Assembly: GCA_951406725.2 (NCBI GenBank)
Contig: OX597819.1
Location: 127,596,001-127,660,000, forward strand
DNA length: 64,000 bases
Reading direction: 5' to 3'
Source of the DNA: Octopus vulgaris
Lineage: Eukaryota
The notes under the pieces are model-generated. The model was not told where the DNA came from, searched no databases, and saw only the letters and a program-made list of their open reading frames with translations. A program made the translations under genes and the position numbers. Numbering within the stretch: position 1 is the first letter of the stretch; the number at the start of each line of letters is the position of its first letter. This document shows, one piece after another, positions 29,011 through 44,229 of the stretch.

Positions 29011-29124
29011 CTTTAAATTGCCTACCATAAATATTGCCAACATTTTCCAAACGAAAGAGATCAGCTAAAAAAACAAAAAACAATTTTTTAAAGAAAAGAA
29101 ACACTATTACATCAACCACCACCG

Positions 29125-29820
29125 TGATTGAATTTGTCTTTCATCCTTTCGGGGTCGATAAAATAAGTACCAGGCAAGCACTGAGGTCGATGTAATTGAC
29201 TAATCTCCCTCCCTCAAAATTTCAGCCCTTGTGCCTATAATAGAAGGGATTATTTATGGTGGGCAATAAGACGGTAAGCTGGCAGAATCGTTAGCACTCT
29301 GGTCAAAATACTTAGCGGCATGTCGTCCACCGTTTTGTTGAGTTCAAACTTCGCAGAGGTTGACTTTTCGTTTCATCCTTTCAGAGTTGATAAAATAGGT
29401 ACTAGTTGAGTACTGGGGTCGTTGTAACTGACTATCCCTCCCCTCAAAATTTCAGGTCGTGTGTCAATAATAGAAAGGTTTATTTATGGTGGGCATTAAG
29501 ATTGCGGGTCGGCAGAATCGTTACCGTGCTGAGTAAAATGCTTAGTGGCATTTCTTCCGACTTTATTTTGTGAGTTCCAAATCAACCGAGGTTAACTTTG
29601 CCTCTTTTGTTTTGGGGACGGTAAAATAAGTACCAACTGAGCAAATGCTTAGCGCCATTCCTTCCGTCTTTACGTTCTGAGTTCAAATACTACCGGGGTT
29701 GACTTTGCCTTTCACCCTTTCGGTATCAATAAAATGATTACCAACTGATCACTGGGATCGATATCATCGACTGACACCTCTCCCTAAAATTGCTGGCCTT
29801 GTGCCAAAATTTAAAACTAA
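29125..29820 (+). mobile_element. Tandem array of older family-A-related SINEs (~230-bp period)
   Basis: Repeated ggcagaatcgtta...gagttc...tttcatccttt...ctccctcaaaatttcag units with shared spacer tatttatggtgggca. Confidence 0.8.
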
Positions 29821-30686
29821 TATTGATCCAGTTGTTTAATCTCAAGTTAACCCTGAGAAGGCCGAGTATCAAAGACATTCCAGCCGTGACCATGCACATT
29901 TTCCAATGCGCAGGAAATCTCGGACCGCATTATCTGATGTTATCTGTGTTCTTTTCTACTTTTCCTTCTTTTTCTGAATCTGAAGACAATAGGATTTGAC
30001 AGTTTTCTCATTCACTCTTTGTTGCTGTCATCATTCACACGACACGTTTTCAAATATGTTTTTATAGCAGCCAATGATGATTAACTAAGATGATTTGTGC
30101 AAGGTGAGTTTATACGTCATTCAGCCTAGTACTAAAACCAGTGGTAGAAGCACCTACAAGGAACGTCCAGGCGATATTTGGACTCTGGTAATCGTTCATA
30201 ATATAATACAGAACTGAAACAAACTACTCGAAGTTATCTATGCCAAAACAATTCTATTTTTGTATTGAACAGTGCAAGATCTTGTTGATGTTTTCCAGTT
30301 CCGTTTCTGCCCTGAACGATCAGGACCTATGATCAAAGATATTCAAGCCATAACTAATCTATTTAGCAGCGCTCCAGGTATCTCCTTCTCCTTTTGAAGA
30401 TCGTAAAGTGTGAATTTAGGGAACTTTAGGTGCTTTTCCTCGCTGGTCAAGCGACTATATACAAACTTCCTGGTCAATTTATTGTCATAACTTCGTCAAC
30501 ATAGTGAAATCTACATACATTTTATTCAGGAGGTCATAATAGACTGAAACTCGCACGGAAATGCCTCCCGTACGAGCGAAATAGTTCACATCTTTCTTAT
30601 CGCTAACTGATATTTCTTTCCCCGTTCTATTATTTTTAGTTAGTTCCCTACATTAATTATCATTAATTATTATATACAGCTATATA

Positions 30687-30919
30687 TATTTCTTTATTGC
30701 CCACAAGGGGCTAAACATAGAGGAGACAAACAAGGACAGACAAAGGGATTAAGTCGATTACATCGACCCTAGTGCGTAATTGGTACTTTATTTATAGACC
30801 CCGAAAGGATGAAAGGCAAAGTCGACCTCGGCGGAATTTGAACTCAGAACGTAACGACAGATGAAATACCGCTAAGCATTTCGCCCGGCGCGCTAACGTG
30901 TCTGCCAGCTCGCCGTCTT
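30687..30919 (-). mobile_element. SINE family A monomer with TSD
   Basis: Full length; flanking tatatacagctatata / tatatacaactatata. Confidence 0.9.
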
Positions 30920-31946
30920 CTATATACAACTATATAGTGTTGACATTTCATGTTCCGTTTTACATACAATGGAGATCGATTTTGACATTCATCTGTCTGC
31001 ATTTGATAGAATAAATATTATCTATTAATATATATGCTTTAAATATTGTCCTTGACTTTGTAATAAAAATTAAGGTAGATAATTGCAATAAAATCAGTTA
31101 ATTGAAAGGTATAGAAAATAATGACGACACAGGTGAAGATAGATGTTCTTTCCAAAGGAAACCCACTGCAAGCAACGGATATAGCTCTATCTTATTCGAT
31201 CTCCATAACAAAACATATTCTGATCTTATAACTGAGCAATACATTTAGAATGAGAAAGGACGCAGTGATATTGGATTGTAAATATGAACAATACGGCTGA
31301 GAAAAAGTACCTCAGAGTATAGAGCTTTATAACTTTAGAAAAGAATAAAGGTGAATTCGAACCGAACAAGATTTGATCTAAAAACATGGAAGAACAGAAT
31401 CAAATACCCCAAAACACATAGCGCAACTCTACGATTATTTTCTTACTTTTTTTTTCTGTCAATCCACCGCTCTCTCACCACAATTACATTATTATTTTCA
31501 TTAATCAATGAACCACGATTATAATGTTATTATTCCTCTAAGATGCATTTGTTATATGGGGTGAACTTACACAGATGGGTTCCTGGTGGGAAGGGGCCTC
31601 GCTGCAAGCGTTTGCAATCAGTTTCACCACTTAATAACAAATAATCATTAATGTTATTTTTTTAGCGTTAGTTTATATACTGGAGGCAATATACCTTCCA
31701 AAGAAATGACAATTTATCCCACAGAATACAAATCCCTAATCTTTGGAATATTAAGATGATTGCTTTTATTCATAGAGATGAAGCCTGAGGTTTCTTGGAC
31801 AGGAAGATAGGAAAAAGTTTTCATATTTCATTTTCATGTTTATATTCACGCACATCATAAAGTCATACACATATACATATATTCATACGAACGATACATA
31901 CAAACATACATACATACATACATACATACATACATACATACATACA

Positions 31947-32019
<73 letters not shown>

Positions 32020-32021
<2 letters not shown>

Positions 32022-32220
32022 TGTCGCCATGATAGATCGTTAGCCACTACACATTTTTTTCTCTCCTTGTTTCTCTCCTTGTTTTTTCTGTGTCCCTTTC
32101 TGTAGAAGAGCGTAGGCTCGAAACGTAAAAGACTTTTTCTATTCCTGAGCGTTATATAAATACATCTGTTTGTTTTGTACACCACCTGTCTTCGTCTTTT
32201 TTTTTTCGTAACCTCTCCCT
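32020..32220 (+). mobile_element. HHR-like family 2 element, copy b
   Basis: Homologous to 1315-1480 (rc), 46781-46917, 47908-48020; between (TA)n and TA/CATA repeats. Confidence 0.85.
32096..32131 (+). ncRNA. Minimal hammerhead-like motif with non-canonical core
   Basis: cttt-CTGTAGA-A-GAGC-gtag-GCTC-GAAACGT-A-aaag. Confidence 0.6.
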
Positions 32221-32486
32221 ATATGTATACATACATACATATACGCACATTCTCATGTATATATACTTTTTATCTCTTCTTTCAATCTTTAGAATACGGT
32301 TATGTTGTGGCATCACCTTGAAGGGCTTAGTCAAAATAATTAAACCCCAGTACATACATACATACATACATACATACATACATACATACATACATACATA
32401 CATACATACATACATACATACATACATACATACATACATACATACATACATACATACATACATACATGCAACGCGTGAGCAACCAG

Positions 32487-32729
32487 ACACTCAGATACTG
32501 CTGCACGTCGCTGGTCATAATGTGCTGTGCATTGTTTTAGTCTTCGAATGACGCCAACCCGCTGGCTAGGTGAACAGGCCAACATCTTTCCCTGATCGGG
32601 AGTGGGGACTGAAGCAACGTGAAATGAAGTGTTTTGCTCAAGAATACAACGCGCCGCTCGATCTGGGAATCGAACCCACGATCTAAGCGATCGTGAGTGT
32701 GACAGCATAACCAGTACGCCACGCGCCTT
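32487..32729 (-). mobile_element. CORE-like tRNA SINE (family D)
   Basis: Minus strand B box GGTTCGATTCC then ttcttgagcaaaacacttcatttcacgttg; tail shared with 55551-55668. Confidence 0.8.
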
Positions 32730-32779
32730 CACACTCACACACACACACACACACACATACACACACACAAACACGCATA

Positions 32780-32925
32780 TATACGACAGCTACTTCCAGT
32801 TCTCATCTACCAAATCCACTCACAAGCTTCAGCCGACCCGAGGCTGTAGAAGGAGACACTCGTCCAAGGTGACACGTTGTAGGATTGAACCCAAAACCAC
32901 GTAGTTGAGAAGCAAACGTCTAGCT
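32780..32925 (-). mobile_element. SINE family B head, decayed
   Basis: ctaccaaatccactcacaag...cgacccgaggct.tagaag matches the 44230-44667 head. Confidence 0.75.
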
Positions 32926-34134
32926 AGACAACTTCGTTAACATTTCAAAATTATACTGTTATTTATACGAATTGCAACTTTTTATGTAAAGTAAAATCAA
33001 AACAATTGTCATCAATGTAACGTCTACAATTATGGACTACGAACAGAAGACAGCTAAGTCAATTGATGCAGGATTTGAACTCCTTTGAAGCCAATATATT
33101 TGGTAAAGGACATTCATTCTGAGAAACAACACTCCTGCTGCTTGCTTTGCTAGAAATAGCTGCCAAATTTCCTTCCGCTTGCAACCTACTCTATAAAGTG
33201 AGTCATGTATTGAATTCCATGCACAGAAAAGGATAATGGGATGGTGGTGGCTGGAATCCATTTAAAAATTGGTTTGCTTGAGCAGAGTTAAAAAGCAGCC
33301 CCCAAAACTTTGTAATCGAAATCTGGGATCGCTCAATATGCAAGAACTAGTAACCAGATTCTCTCAAATTACATCTTTAAAAAAATGAAAAATACACACT
33401 AGACAAAGTTACGGAATATTAGAGGCCGAAAGGCATTCGACTATCGGGCTACTCAATTTGGACTGACCCGGGGTTAAATAATAACAATAATTATAACAAT
33501 AACGGATCTATCCTGTTCCCCCACTACGTAACTTTCTTTTCGTTTTTCGTATTTCTATCTTCTATTCTCTGTCGGGCTTTCTGTCTTTTTTGTTTTCTCC
33601 TACTAAATAACGCAGAAATATTCTCAGCGTAGACCGTAGCGCCTTGGGACGGAATTCAAATATTATTTGCTACGTCACTTTAGCCATAGAAGTCGACAGA
33701 CATATTAATCCAAACGACCATCTTCACTGCTCTGGTAGCGATATATTAACGCCAAATATGACTTAACGATGGTAAAGCAGTGTATGAAAACAACTCTTGT
33801 TTTGATGTGTCTGCAAGCCATTCATATAAACTAGTGCCACAAACTCGTCTGTTTTGGTTTTGTTTTTAATGTCTTGCGGCCAGTATAATTCTCAAATGAA
33901 GTGCTAGCCAGATTTGACATTCTAATTAAACATGTCAAATCGGCTCCCACCCCATTGGGATTAATATTAACGATCTCTCAAACATCCCTTCAATGTAACA
34001 TATCGTCTCCCTTCTTTTTCCTCTGCCCTCTTTTTCCTCCTGTCATCCCTTCTTCCCGCGCCTATCATTTCTTCTTCTCAAGACAATTCTTTCTTCATCT
34101 TCTATATTACCACATTTATCAACTCAAACCCCAT

Positions 34135-34311
34135 TCTTCTTCTTCTTCTTCTTCTTCTTCTTCTTCTTCTTCTTCTTCTTCTTCTTCTTCTTCTTCTTTA
34201 CATTCTTCTTCTTCTTCCTCTTCTTCTTCTTCTTCTTCTCCCCCTTCTTCTTCTTCTTCTTCTTTTTCTTCCTCTTCTTCTTCTTCTTTTTCTTCTTCTA
34301 CCCCTTCTTCT

Positions 34312-34357
<46 letters not shown>

Positions 34358-34639
34358 TTTCTTCTACCCCTTCTTCTTCTTCTTCTTCTTCTTCTTCTTC
34401 TTCTTCTTCTTCTTCTTCTCCTTTTTCTTCTTCTACCCCTTCTTCTTCTTCTTCTTCTTCTTCTTCTTCTTCTTCTTCTTCTTCTTCTTCTTCTTCTTCT
34501 TCTTCTTCTTCTTCTTCTTCTTCTTCTTCTTCTTCTTCTACCCCTTCTTCTTCTTCTTCTTCTTCTTTTTCTTCTTCTACCCCTTCTTCTTCTTCTTCTT
34601 CTTCTTCTTCTTCTTTTTCTTCTTCTACCCCTTCTTCTT

Positions 34640-34708
<69 letters not shown>

Positions 34709-34750
34709 TTCCTCCTCCTCCTCCTCCTCCTCCTCCTTCTTCTTCTTCAT
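34135..34750. repeat. (TCT)n array with ACCCCT-punctuated higher-order units, then (TAT)n and (CCT)n
   Basis: Direct reading; the 360-aa poly-Ser ORF is its translation. Confidence 0.9.
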
Positions 34751-35274
34751 TTGGTTTTCCTTCTTCTTCTTTACTACCGCTTTCAACTTCCCGTTTTCCT
34801 TCTGTTTTTCTTTCACCATCATCATCATCAGCGTCAACTTCGCCGTTGTCCCCATCGCCATTTTACAGTTCTTCTTCCTCCTCTGCTCCACCGCCTTCAG
34901 CTTCAGCTCTTCATCCGCCTCTTCTATATCGAATTCATTGCCGTTTTATTCGACAGTGTTGTCGCCATATTGTTCACATATAGCCGTGAACACAAGCACA
35001 TATGCAAACACAAAAACAAAACATACGCACATACATACACACGGGTGCGCGCACGGACGCACTCAGAGACACACACAAAAGAAAAGAAATAAGGATACTC
35101 AAATATACACACACATCACACACATGCACGTACACTCACACACATACAGCGCACATAAGCACGTACATACACACACAACACACACACATACACACACACA
35201 CACACACACACAAACACACACAGGTAATACAAATGCAGATACACAAACGTACACTCCAGCGCTCGTATTCAAGC

Positions 35275-35319
<45 letters not shown>

Positions 35320-35411
35320 TTAAAAATAGGATAAAATCTTTATAAGAATTTATCAAGTAGCTAGCGTGAAAAACCTCATAAGAGAAAAAATCCACCAATT
35401 CTTTCACTTAA

Positions 35412-35462
<51 letters not shown>

Positions 35463-35769
35463 GATATATGCCCGCACAAATTCGTTCACACGTAAGTAAA
35501 AATGGTTCTCCGTCGATTTCAATAGCTTTTATATGTTCAATCAGCTGAACCAGTAACTTATTTAATTAGTAAGTGGCTGAGTATTCCATTAACAGCACTT
35601 ATCTTTTACGCAATTCTTAATGAGAGTCATGTTATAAAGCTCTGTCTATCCAAGGGGCTTCCGTGCAGTTTCCTTCTTCCTAATTTCACTTACATAGATT
35701 TGATCAACCTTAGACTATCGTAATAAAACTTAACCACCAGATGAATGCAAACAGACTCGGTTTGATTCT

Positions 35770-36485
<716 letters not shown>

Positions 36486-37476
36486 ATAAAACCTTGGCTG
36501 GAATCCCCAATAAAATAGCAAGAACTCCCACAGCCACACAGCTGTAGCAAACCCTTACAGGGAGTCTAACTTCTAATTAGTTATAATAAACCACTACTAA
36601 TACTTCATCAAGACGTGACCATCATGGTGTATACCACACTGTTACATCCAGTAACTCAAGTTCAGTCACCTTGACTCTACCACCATTACTACCTGTGCCT
36701 CTCTGCTCCTCCTCATCACCTTCACTTTCTCCTATAAGTGTCACAAACCTCTAACCTCTCTACTCTCACCATCACTTCCACTCCCTCCTTCCGCAGTCTC
36801 ACTACGTTTACCTCCAACTCCAGCTCTAACCACATCACTTTTCTCATCTCCTACACCATTACCACTTGCACCATCACTGCCACCATCGCCGACACCACCT
36901 CCGTCACCGCCGCCGCCTTCACTGCCACCAACGAGGTTAACGCCACCACCACTGCCAGCGGCGCAACTACCGCCACCACGATCGACATTATACACCCCCT
37001 CCATTCTATCATTGTCACTAACAACGAAATAAATACAAGCACCACCTCATCAATCACAAACTTACGATTAATACCACCCACTCCCTTTCTCTACTACAAC
37101 CTCAACGCCCTCTATCACAGCTACCATCCATCTACAAAGACCCACTACGCAGTTGCTGACCTAGCAGACACACACACAAAATTTCCATCACATCACACCT
37201 GCCAAAATTATAAGAGAAAAAATTATTGCACTTAGGCCGATATGTGTCTACATACATCTTAAAAAGGACTGGAATATCACTGCTAGAATGCTTTTGATCA
37301 TATTTCAGTATAGTTAGGGTTAACGAGGAAGTAACAACAATAGCAACAACAACAACCCAAATTAAACTTACACAACTTATATCATTTATACTAAATATAT
37401 TAGTATGTGTGTGTATGTGTGTAAGAGTGTGAATTTGCATGTGTATATATGTATATATATATATATGTAATATATG

Positions 37477-37519
<43 letters not shown>

Positions 37520-37554
37520 ATATTAATAATATATATATATATACATAATATATG

Positions 37555-37626
<72 letters not shown>

Positions 37627-37767
37627 TACGTCTTTGTGTGAGGGTGTGCTTGTCCAGGATAGGACTACACAGCCACAGCAGGTGATGTATTTGGACATGA
37701 AATGTAAAAGCCGGACTAGATTATTTTATGCGCAACCCCATTGTCTCCCGAGACAAAAAGGATGCCA

Positions 37768-37816
<49 letters not shown>

Positions 37817-38002
37817 AGTATGTATATATGATATATTATATATATGGCGGTGCCCCAGCATGGCCACAGCCTCAGCGTTGAAACATATCAAAGAATAAAA
37901 GAACCAAAAGAATCAAAATAAGGGATTTGCAGCATATTAGGGGATCATGGTACTTGATTCCTCGCAAAAAATCCGAGTTTTATTTTTCTTAGTGAAAATC
38001 GT

Positions 38003-39071
38003 GCGGGTTTTACTCAAAAAATTTACCAAAACATTGACACCTCATTTTAACAGATATATTTACCAAAATTACGTAAAAATATCTTGAAGTATGAAAGAGT
38101 AAATTTATTTAATAAAATCATCATTGGCTTCAACCACGACCTCCAGACGACTTCGGAATTTCCTGCAATTCTTGTGGACGTTCGCCTTGTTTAAGCTGGT
38201 GAATGTTGCCATAATCCTAGGCTTCAGTTCATCTTTGTTGTTGCAAAGAGTTTTGTTGGTCTCTAACTCAACTGCACACCACATATAATAATCAAGGGGG
38301 CTGCAGTCTGGGGTTATGTGGCCAGATGTTAGGGCTATGTGGTCGCAGAAATTGACTGGGATCTCCTACTTGTGTGGTATGGTGCAGAGTCCTGTTGCCA
38401 GATATAGAGTCTTCTGGTAGCCACCCTACATTTGATAAAGACCTACGCCGTTGAGTCTGAGTCCTTGTGGGAAAATGAATGGAGGTTTTTTCGTCGCCAT
38501 TACTAGTGATCACTCTAAACATCATTTTACATCATTTTACTCTCACAAATTGTGGCTGTGAGAGAAAGTAGATTACTCCTTGTTTAGGAGCTTATTTGAC
38601 TTCCATCAGCGGTTCTCCCCTTTATGCCTTGCACTTGTTGTAAGTGTGGTAGTGAAAGTTCTCATTTAGGATCTGCTTCATGGTGCCGACCCACTTCTCT
38701 CACCAATCTCCGGTTTTTCTTGCTCGGATCTTCCAACACCTTGTCTCGAAACGTGGATGCATTCAAAGCGCCTGTAGTGTCTATTCCATTGCACCTGTCC
38801 ACGTTGCGTCTTACAGCCATTACAGTGTTCACAGATCATTGAATAGCAGTCAGGATGTCGACATTTAGAAACCAGGTACAATTCGTCATCGTACAGGTAA
38901 CTCATCGAATATTCAGGTGGCTTCTTGTCCTTCATGTCAGCTAACTCTTTCTCAGCTGAAACCTTAATACTTATGTTCTCCAACGTCGCTGACTCTTGAC
39001 CAATACGTCAAGCTATTCCTGAAAGAAAAAAAAAAGACATGGAAACCGCTAAATTTAAACCGAACGCCCTG
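38003..39071 (-). mobile_element. Tc1/mariner-superfamily element (maT/DD37D-like), decayed
   Basis: Minus-strand remnants KVLEDPSK, WQQDSAPYHT, PDCSPLDYYMW...DELKPRI; right end ccctg|TA; left TIR degenerate. Confidence 0.8.
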
Positions 39072-39378
39072 TAGACATACACATTGGGTGATGATGGCTG
39101 GAATGCATTTGGAACTACATTTCAATGACGTCTGACACAGAGCTAGTCAACACCAACCAAAGCCGTTTCCAAAATTCAACTATATCCTCGGCTACATTAC
39201 AACCTCCAGCAGTCCACCAATGTTATAATACTATCACCGTTAATACGTCATCAATTACATCCTTTAATACTAATATTCCTAGAACATTAATTAATAACAC
39301 TCCCACTGCTACAAAAGCCACCATAATCACCATAATCATTAATAAATCCACTTCAATTGCTTCACTCATTTATATGGC

Positions 39379-39552
39379 AGTGCTGGATTTAGACTTGTTG
39401 AGAGCCTAAATTATAAAGCTTAGAGGCCGATTGTTTAGAAATTATATAGATATGTCTCACACAAATTGAAAACGTATATAATTATTTGGAGATCCTTGTG
39501 GATTGTGAGGCCCTAAGCTATAGCTTGTTTAGCTTATGCCAAACTCCAACAG
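39379..39552. mobile_element. Possible hAT-type MITE
   Basis: Starts cagtgctggattta, internal ggccctaag motifs, degenerate right end. Confidence 0.45.
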
Positions 39553-40004
39553 CACGACTATGGATACGTTCACACATAAACACATAAAGATGCACTCGTG
39601 CACGCAAGCGCAAGCTTTATCCTATTTACACACAGATATTTTGTATGTCATACATGCGTCTCCCATGAATCGCGCGCGCTCATACGCACAGTTTTATATA
39701 CATCCGTATGTCCACTATAAATCACTGCCCTTCCCATACACACAGAGCATAAACACTATCACACACTACTTTGTCATTCATACACGAAAACAAGCACACA
39801 CATCTGTTAAATGCCACATACTGACATGCGTGTGCCCATATCCTGCACATACTCATAAGCCTTCCTACGTCTCTACGCGCGCGCGCATACAGCATACACA
39901 CACACACACTAACACAAACATACACACAAAGCTATAAACAACATCTACAACTACTTCCGCCAACATCGCTAATCCTACGACAAATATCCGACGGGAAGAA
40001 ATGA

Positions 40005-41736
40005 GCCCCTATTTTTCTCCTTCTCTCCTTCTCTCCTTTTCCCCCTCTCACCCACTCCTTTACTCTCCTCATATTTCTTTCTTACATCTCCCTCTCTTTC
40101 ATTCATTCATCTCCTCCACTTCCTCCTCCATCTCCTCCGCCTCCTCCTCCTCGTCCTCCTCCTCTAATTCACCACTCATTCATTCTCTACGTCCACTTCT
40201 CTCTCATCCAGCTTCTTTCATTCTTTCCGCTCCTTTCTCCTTCTCACCCACTCATTTACTCTCCTCATATTTCTATTTTACATCTCCCTCTCTTTCATTC
40301 ATCTCCTCCTTCTCCTCCTCTAATTCACCACTCATTCATTCTCTAACTCCACCTCTCTCTCTCATCCAGTTTCTCTCGTCCACCCTCCATCTCCACCCTC
40401 CATCTCCTCTTTCCCTCATCTCTTTCCTTCATTCACTTTCTTGTCCTTCTTCTTTCTCATCCATCTCTTCATCTCATTACCCAATGCTTTTTCTTACCAC
40501 ATTTCTCTCTATTTTTCTCCTTCTGTCCTTTTCATTTTCCCTGCATCTCTCTCTCTCTCATTCATTCACCTCATCTACTCTCTCTCTCACTCTCTCTCTC
40601 TCTTTCTCACTCATTCATTCACCTCATCTACTCTCTCTCACTCTCTCTCTCTTTCTCTCTCACTCTTTCTTTCTCTCTCTCTCTCTCTCTCTTTCATTCT
40701 CATTTCATTTTCCCTGCATCTCTCTCTCTCTCTTTCATTCACCTCATCTACTTTCTCTCACTCTCTCTCTCTCTCTCACTCTCTCTCTCTCTCACTCACT
40801 CTCTCTCCCTCATTCTCTCTCTCACTCACTCTCTCTCTCTCTCTTTCTCACACACACACACTCTCTCTCTCTCTCTCTTTCCTTTACATTTCTCAGTCAC
40901 AAACTCCACTCCTTCCTTTTCTCTCCTCCCTTTTCTTTCATGTCAATCCACGTTCCCCTTTCACCCCTGCGCTCCCTTTCATTCACTCACCTCTTCATCC
41001 TCTTTTCTCTCCTTTTACGATACAATATCGTCTTCGTCTTTTTTTAAGACCTCCTTCTTTCTCTCTTATTCGCCATCTCCATTTTCTCTGTCTCTTTCCT
41101 TCATTGACCGCCATATTCTCTATCTCTCGTAAGTACCATCTCTCTTTCTCCTTCTCTATCTCTGTTTCTCTATCTTTATCTCTGTCCTTCTCTCTCGATC
41201 ATTCTCTCTGCCCTTCCCCTCTCTCTCAACCATCTGGTGTCCTTCTTTCTCTCTCTCTCTCGACTGTTCTCTCTGTCCTTCTCCCGAACACCCTCCCTCT
41301 CTCTATATATATCATTATCTTTATCCTCTCTCTCTCTCAACTGTTCTCTCTGTCATTCTCCCTCTCCCTCTCTCTCTCCCGACCATCCTTTCTGTCCTCC
41401 CTCTCTCTCTCTCGATCATTCTTTCTCTCCTTCTCTCTCTCACACTCGCCCATTCTCTTTGTCCTTCTCCCCCTCACTCTCTCCCGACCATTCTTTCTGT
41501 CCTCCCTCTCTCTCTCTCTCTCTCTCTATACCATTATCTCTATCCTCTCTCTGTCCCTCTCTCCGTCACACACTCGTCCATTCTCCTTGTCCGTCTCCCT
41601 CTGTCTCTCTCTCTCTCACACACACACACACATACACACACTCGGCCATTCTCTCTGTCCGTCTCCCTCTCTGTCTCTCTGTCTCTCTCTCTCTCCCGAC
41701 CATTCTTTCTATCACCCCTCTCTTTATATATATATA

Positions 41737-41781
<45 letters not shown>

Positions 41782-41835
41782 CTTCTCTCTCTCTCTCACT
41801 CCCGGCCATTCTCCCTCCGTCCGTCTCCCTCCGTC
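40005..41835. repeat. 1.8-kb CT-rich polypyrimidine low-complexity tract with internal duplications
   Basis: Direct reading; S/L/F-rich ORFs of 215-479 aa result from strand bias. Confidence 0.9.
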
Positions 41836-42323
41836 AGAACCTCCTCGACGGACATTCACAAACAGCTTGCTCAACAATAATTGAGTTCGTTCCTTCTTTC
41901 AAATGGCCGCCGCCGCTTCAAGAGCTTCTTTCATATCACTTGCCTCATGACCTGGAAGTTACTTGTTTCTTGTTATTGATGTCACATCATGGCTCCTATT
42001 ACGACTGCTGCTGCCACTCGGCTTGTTTTCTTTTTTTCTTGATGTTTATTTCTTTTTAGTATTTGTTGTTGTTCCTGTCATTGTCTGTTTTGTTGTGGCT
42101 ATTGCTGCTACTCTTGTTGTTGTAGCAATGTTTTTTTTTGTTTCATTGTTGTTTGTTTTCCTTGCCGCTGCCATTGTTGTTATTGTTGATGTTACTCTTG
42201 TTATGTTGTGGTCGCCATTTATCGCCGTTCTTGTTACACACATAATTGATGTGTGTTATCCAAGTTGCTGCCGGTGATTTTTGTTGCAGTTGCTTGTTAA
42301 CCGCTTTTAGCTGTTGTTATAAC

Positions 42324-42762
<439 letters not shown>

Positions 42763-42924
42763 GTTTAAAAGTTTTGCAGAAGGACAGTAATTTTATTGGG
42801 AGGGTGTAAGATTATATCGAATTCAGTACTGGATCCTTTATTTTATCAACTCGAAAAGAATGAAATGCTTAGTTGAAAGGCAAAGTTGCCCTCGACAGGA
42901 TTTGAACTTAGAAAGTAATGCCCT

Positions 42925-43830
42925 GATAGCGTGCATCTGCGACATGCCCTGATGACAGGATTTTCTTGTCTGCGAATTTTGTTTGGTATCAAGAATACCA
43001 GGAACTTTTGGAAATTATCTACGGACTCCAGAACTGAAGTATTTTGGAACAAACGAGCCAGTTGGTTTTCATTGGTGCCCAATTCCCCATGTATGTCGTC
43101 GTTTTTGACCACCATTAATTTTCTGAACCACCCCCCCCCCCCGAAAAAAAAAAACGAGAAGTATCTTCCTGTATCGTACTGCTCAACTTGAAGAAGGCTG
43201 TGATCGCTTCATAACATTCCACATTAGAAACGCCCGGTCTCGATCGTTGCTTCACCCAAAATTGCATGTTCCAAAGAGACAAGCTTTGGAAAAACATATC
43301 TGAGAAATGGCCACAATGCCTGATCCTAGTTAAGTAATTTCTGGAGATGTTGCGGCATCAGCACTCATCTACTCTTCATCAGTCACAACATGGTCAGTCC
43401 ATTACTCAGTGGTTGTTGACAGGAAACGGAGCACCAGAGTAGTGAGGCAAATCTCCTTCACAAAAGCCAAAGACAAGACGTCTCTTCAGGTTAGACGTGA
43501 CAGGACAAGGCACTAAGGCCAGGCTTTTATATAACAGTCTCGTTGTTTGGATAAGACTAACCACTCTGCTCGACACCTCTTCCCAATTCTTCTACACTTG
43601 GAGATTTGAACTTAGCCAAACCTCGAGAATTTTAACCAATCCGTCCGACAAACATACCATGACACTGTTGGCAAGGAAAAGTCAAGCCAGGTCCCGATCT
43701 GCAGGCCCAGTGACTTTTCCTGGTTTATTTTGACGCCTGTTATCGCCTCATACCCCATTGGAGCAATGCTGGTTATCATGATATGTTTGATGTCCGACTC
43801 TTTACAGAGAAAGCATCTGCATATGTCGAT
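42925..43830 (-). mobile_element. L1/Tx1-clade LINE reverse-transcriptase fragment, decayed
   Basis: Minus-strand YAD..., YEAITGVKINQEKSLGLQIGTW, DGLVKILEVW, KNWEEV resemble the post-YADD region of L1/Tx1 RT; left boundary uncertain. Confidence 0.7.
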
Positions 43831-44229
43831 ACAAATCTCTCTCTCAGTTCAAATCCCACTGATGTCAACTTCACATTTGATCCTTCCGAAATCGATTAAA
43901 TACCCGTCAAGTATTGTGGTCGTTTCAATTGATTAATACCTCCTCAAAAATTGCTTATCTTGTACCTATATGAGGAAGTATTTTTATTGAGGTGCGAGGA
44001 CAACCAAATCGTTGGAGCGTTAGTAAAAGTATCTTGTGTTTTTTTATTACAGTTTTTCAAATAGTAACGAGGTCAAATTTGCTTGTCATCTTTCTATAGG
44101 TGGTAAAATAAGATACCAAACAACGGGATTCCATATAACTAATTGTTCCTCCACCCATATTTCTGACCCTTGGAAGCACTTGTAGGCCAGAAGTTATAAA
44201 CATTAATATTATATTTTATCCCTATAATA

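Noticed and set aside
30541-30590. CTGAAA + hairpin ctcgcacgg/ccgtacgag + GAAA
   Set aside because: Core too short and no stem I pairing.
33901-34983. 360-aa Ser-rich ORF
   Set aside because: Translation of (TCT)n/(TAT)n/(CCT)n; no domain or splice support.
36738-37235. 165-aa Thr-rich mucin-like ORF
   Set aside because: Degenerate (ACC/CAC)n low-complexity sequence, open on both strands.
38678-38983. 101-aa ORF with Cys/His residues
   Set aside because: Lies inside the maT-like transposon; best explained as frameshifted transposase N-terminal sequence.
40001-41884. 348-, 479- and 215-aa S/L/F-rich ORFs
   Set aside because: Stop codons are rare in a CT-rich strand; three overlapping frames are open.
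42947-42980. CTGATGA followed by a hairpin
   Set aside because: No GAAA directly after the stem and no stem I/III; within a LINE fragment.
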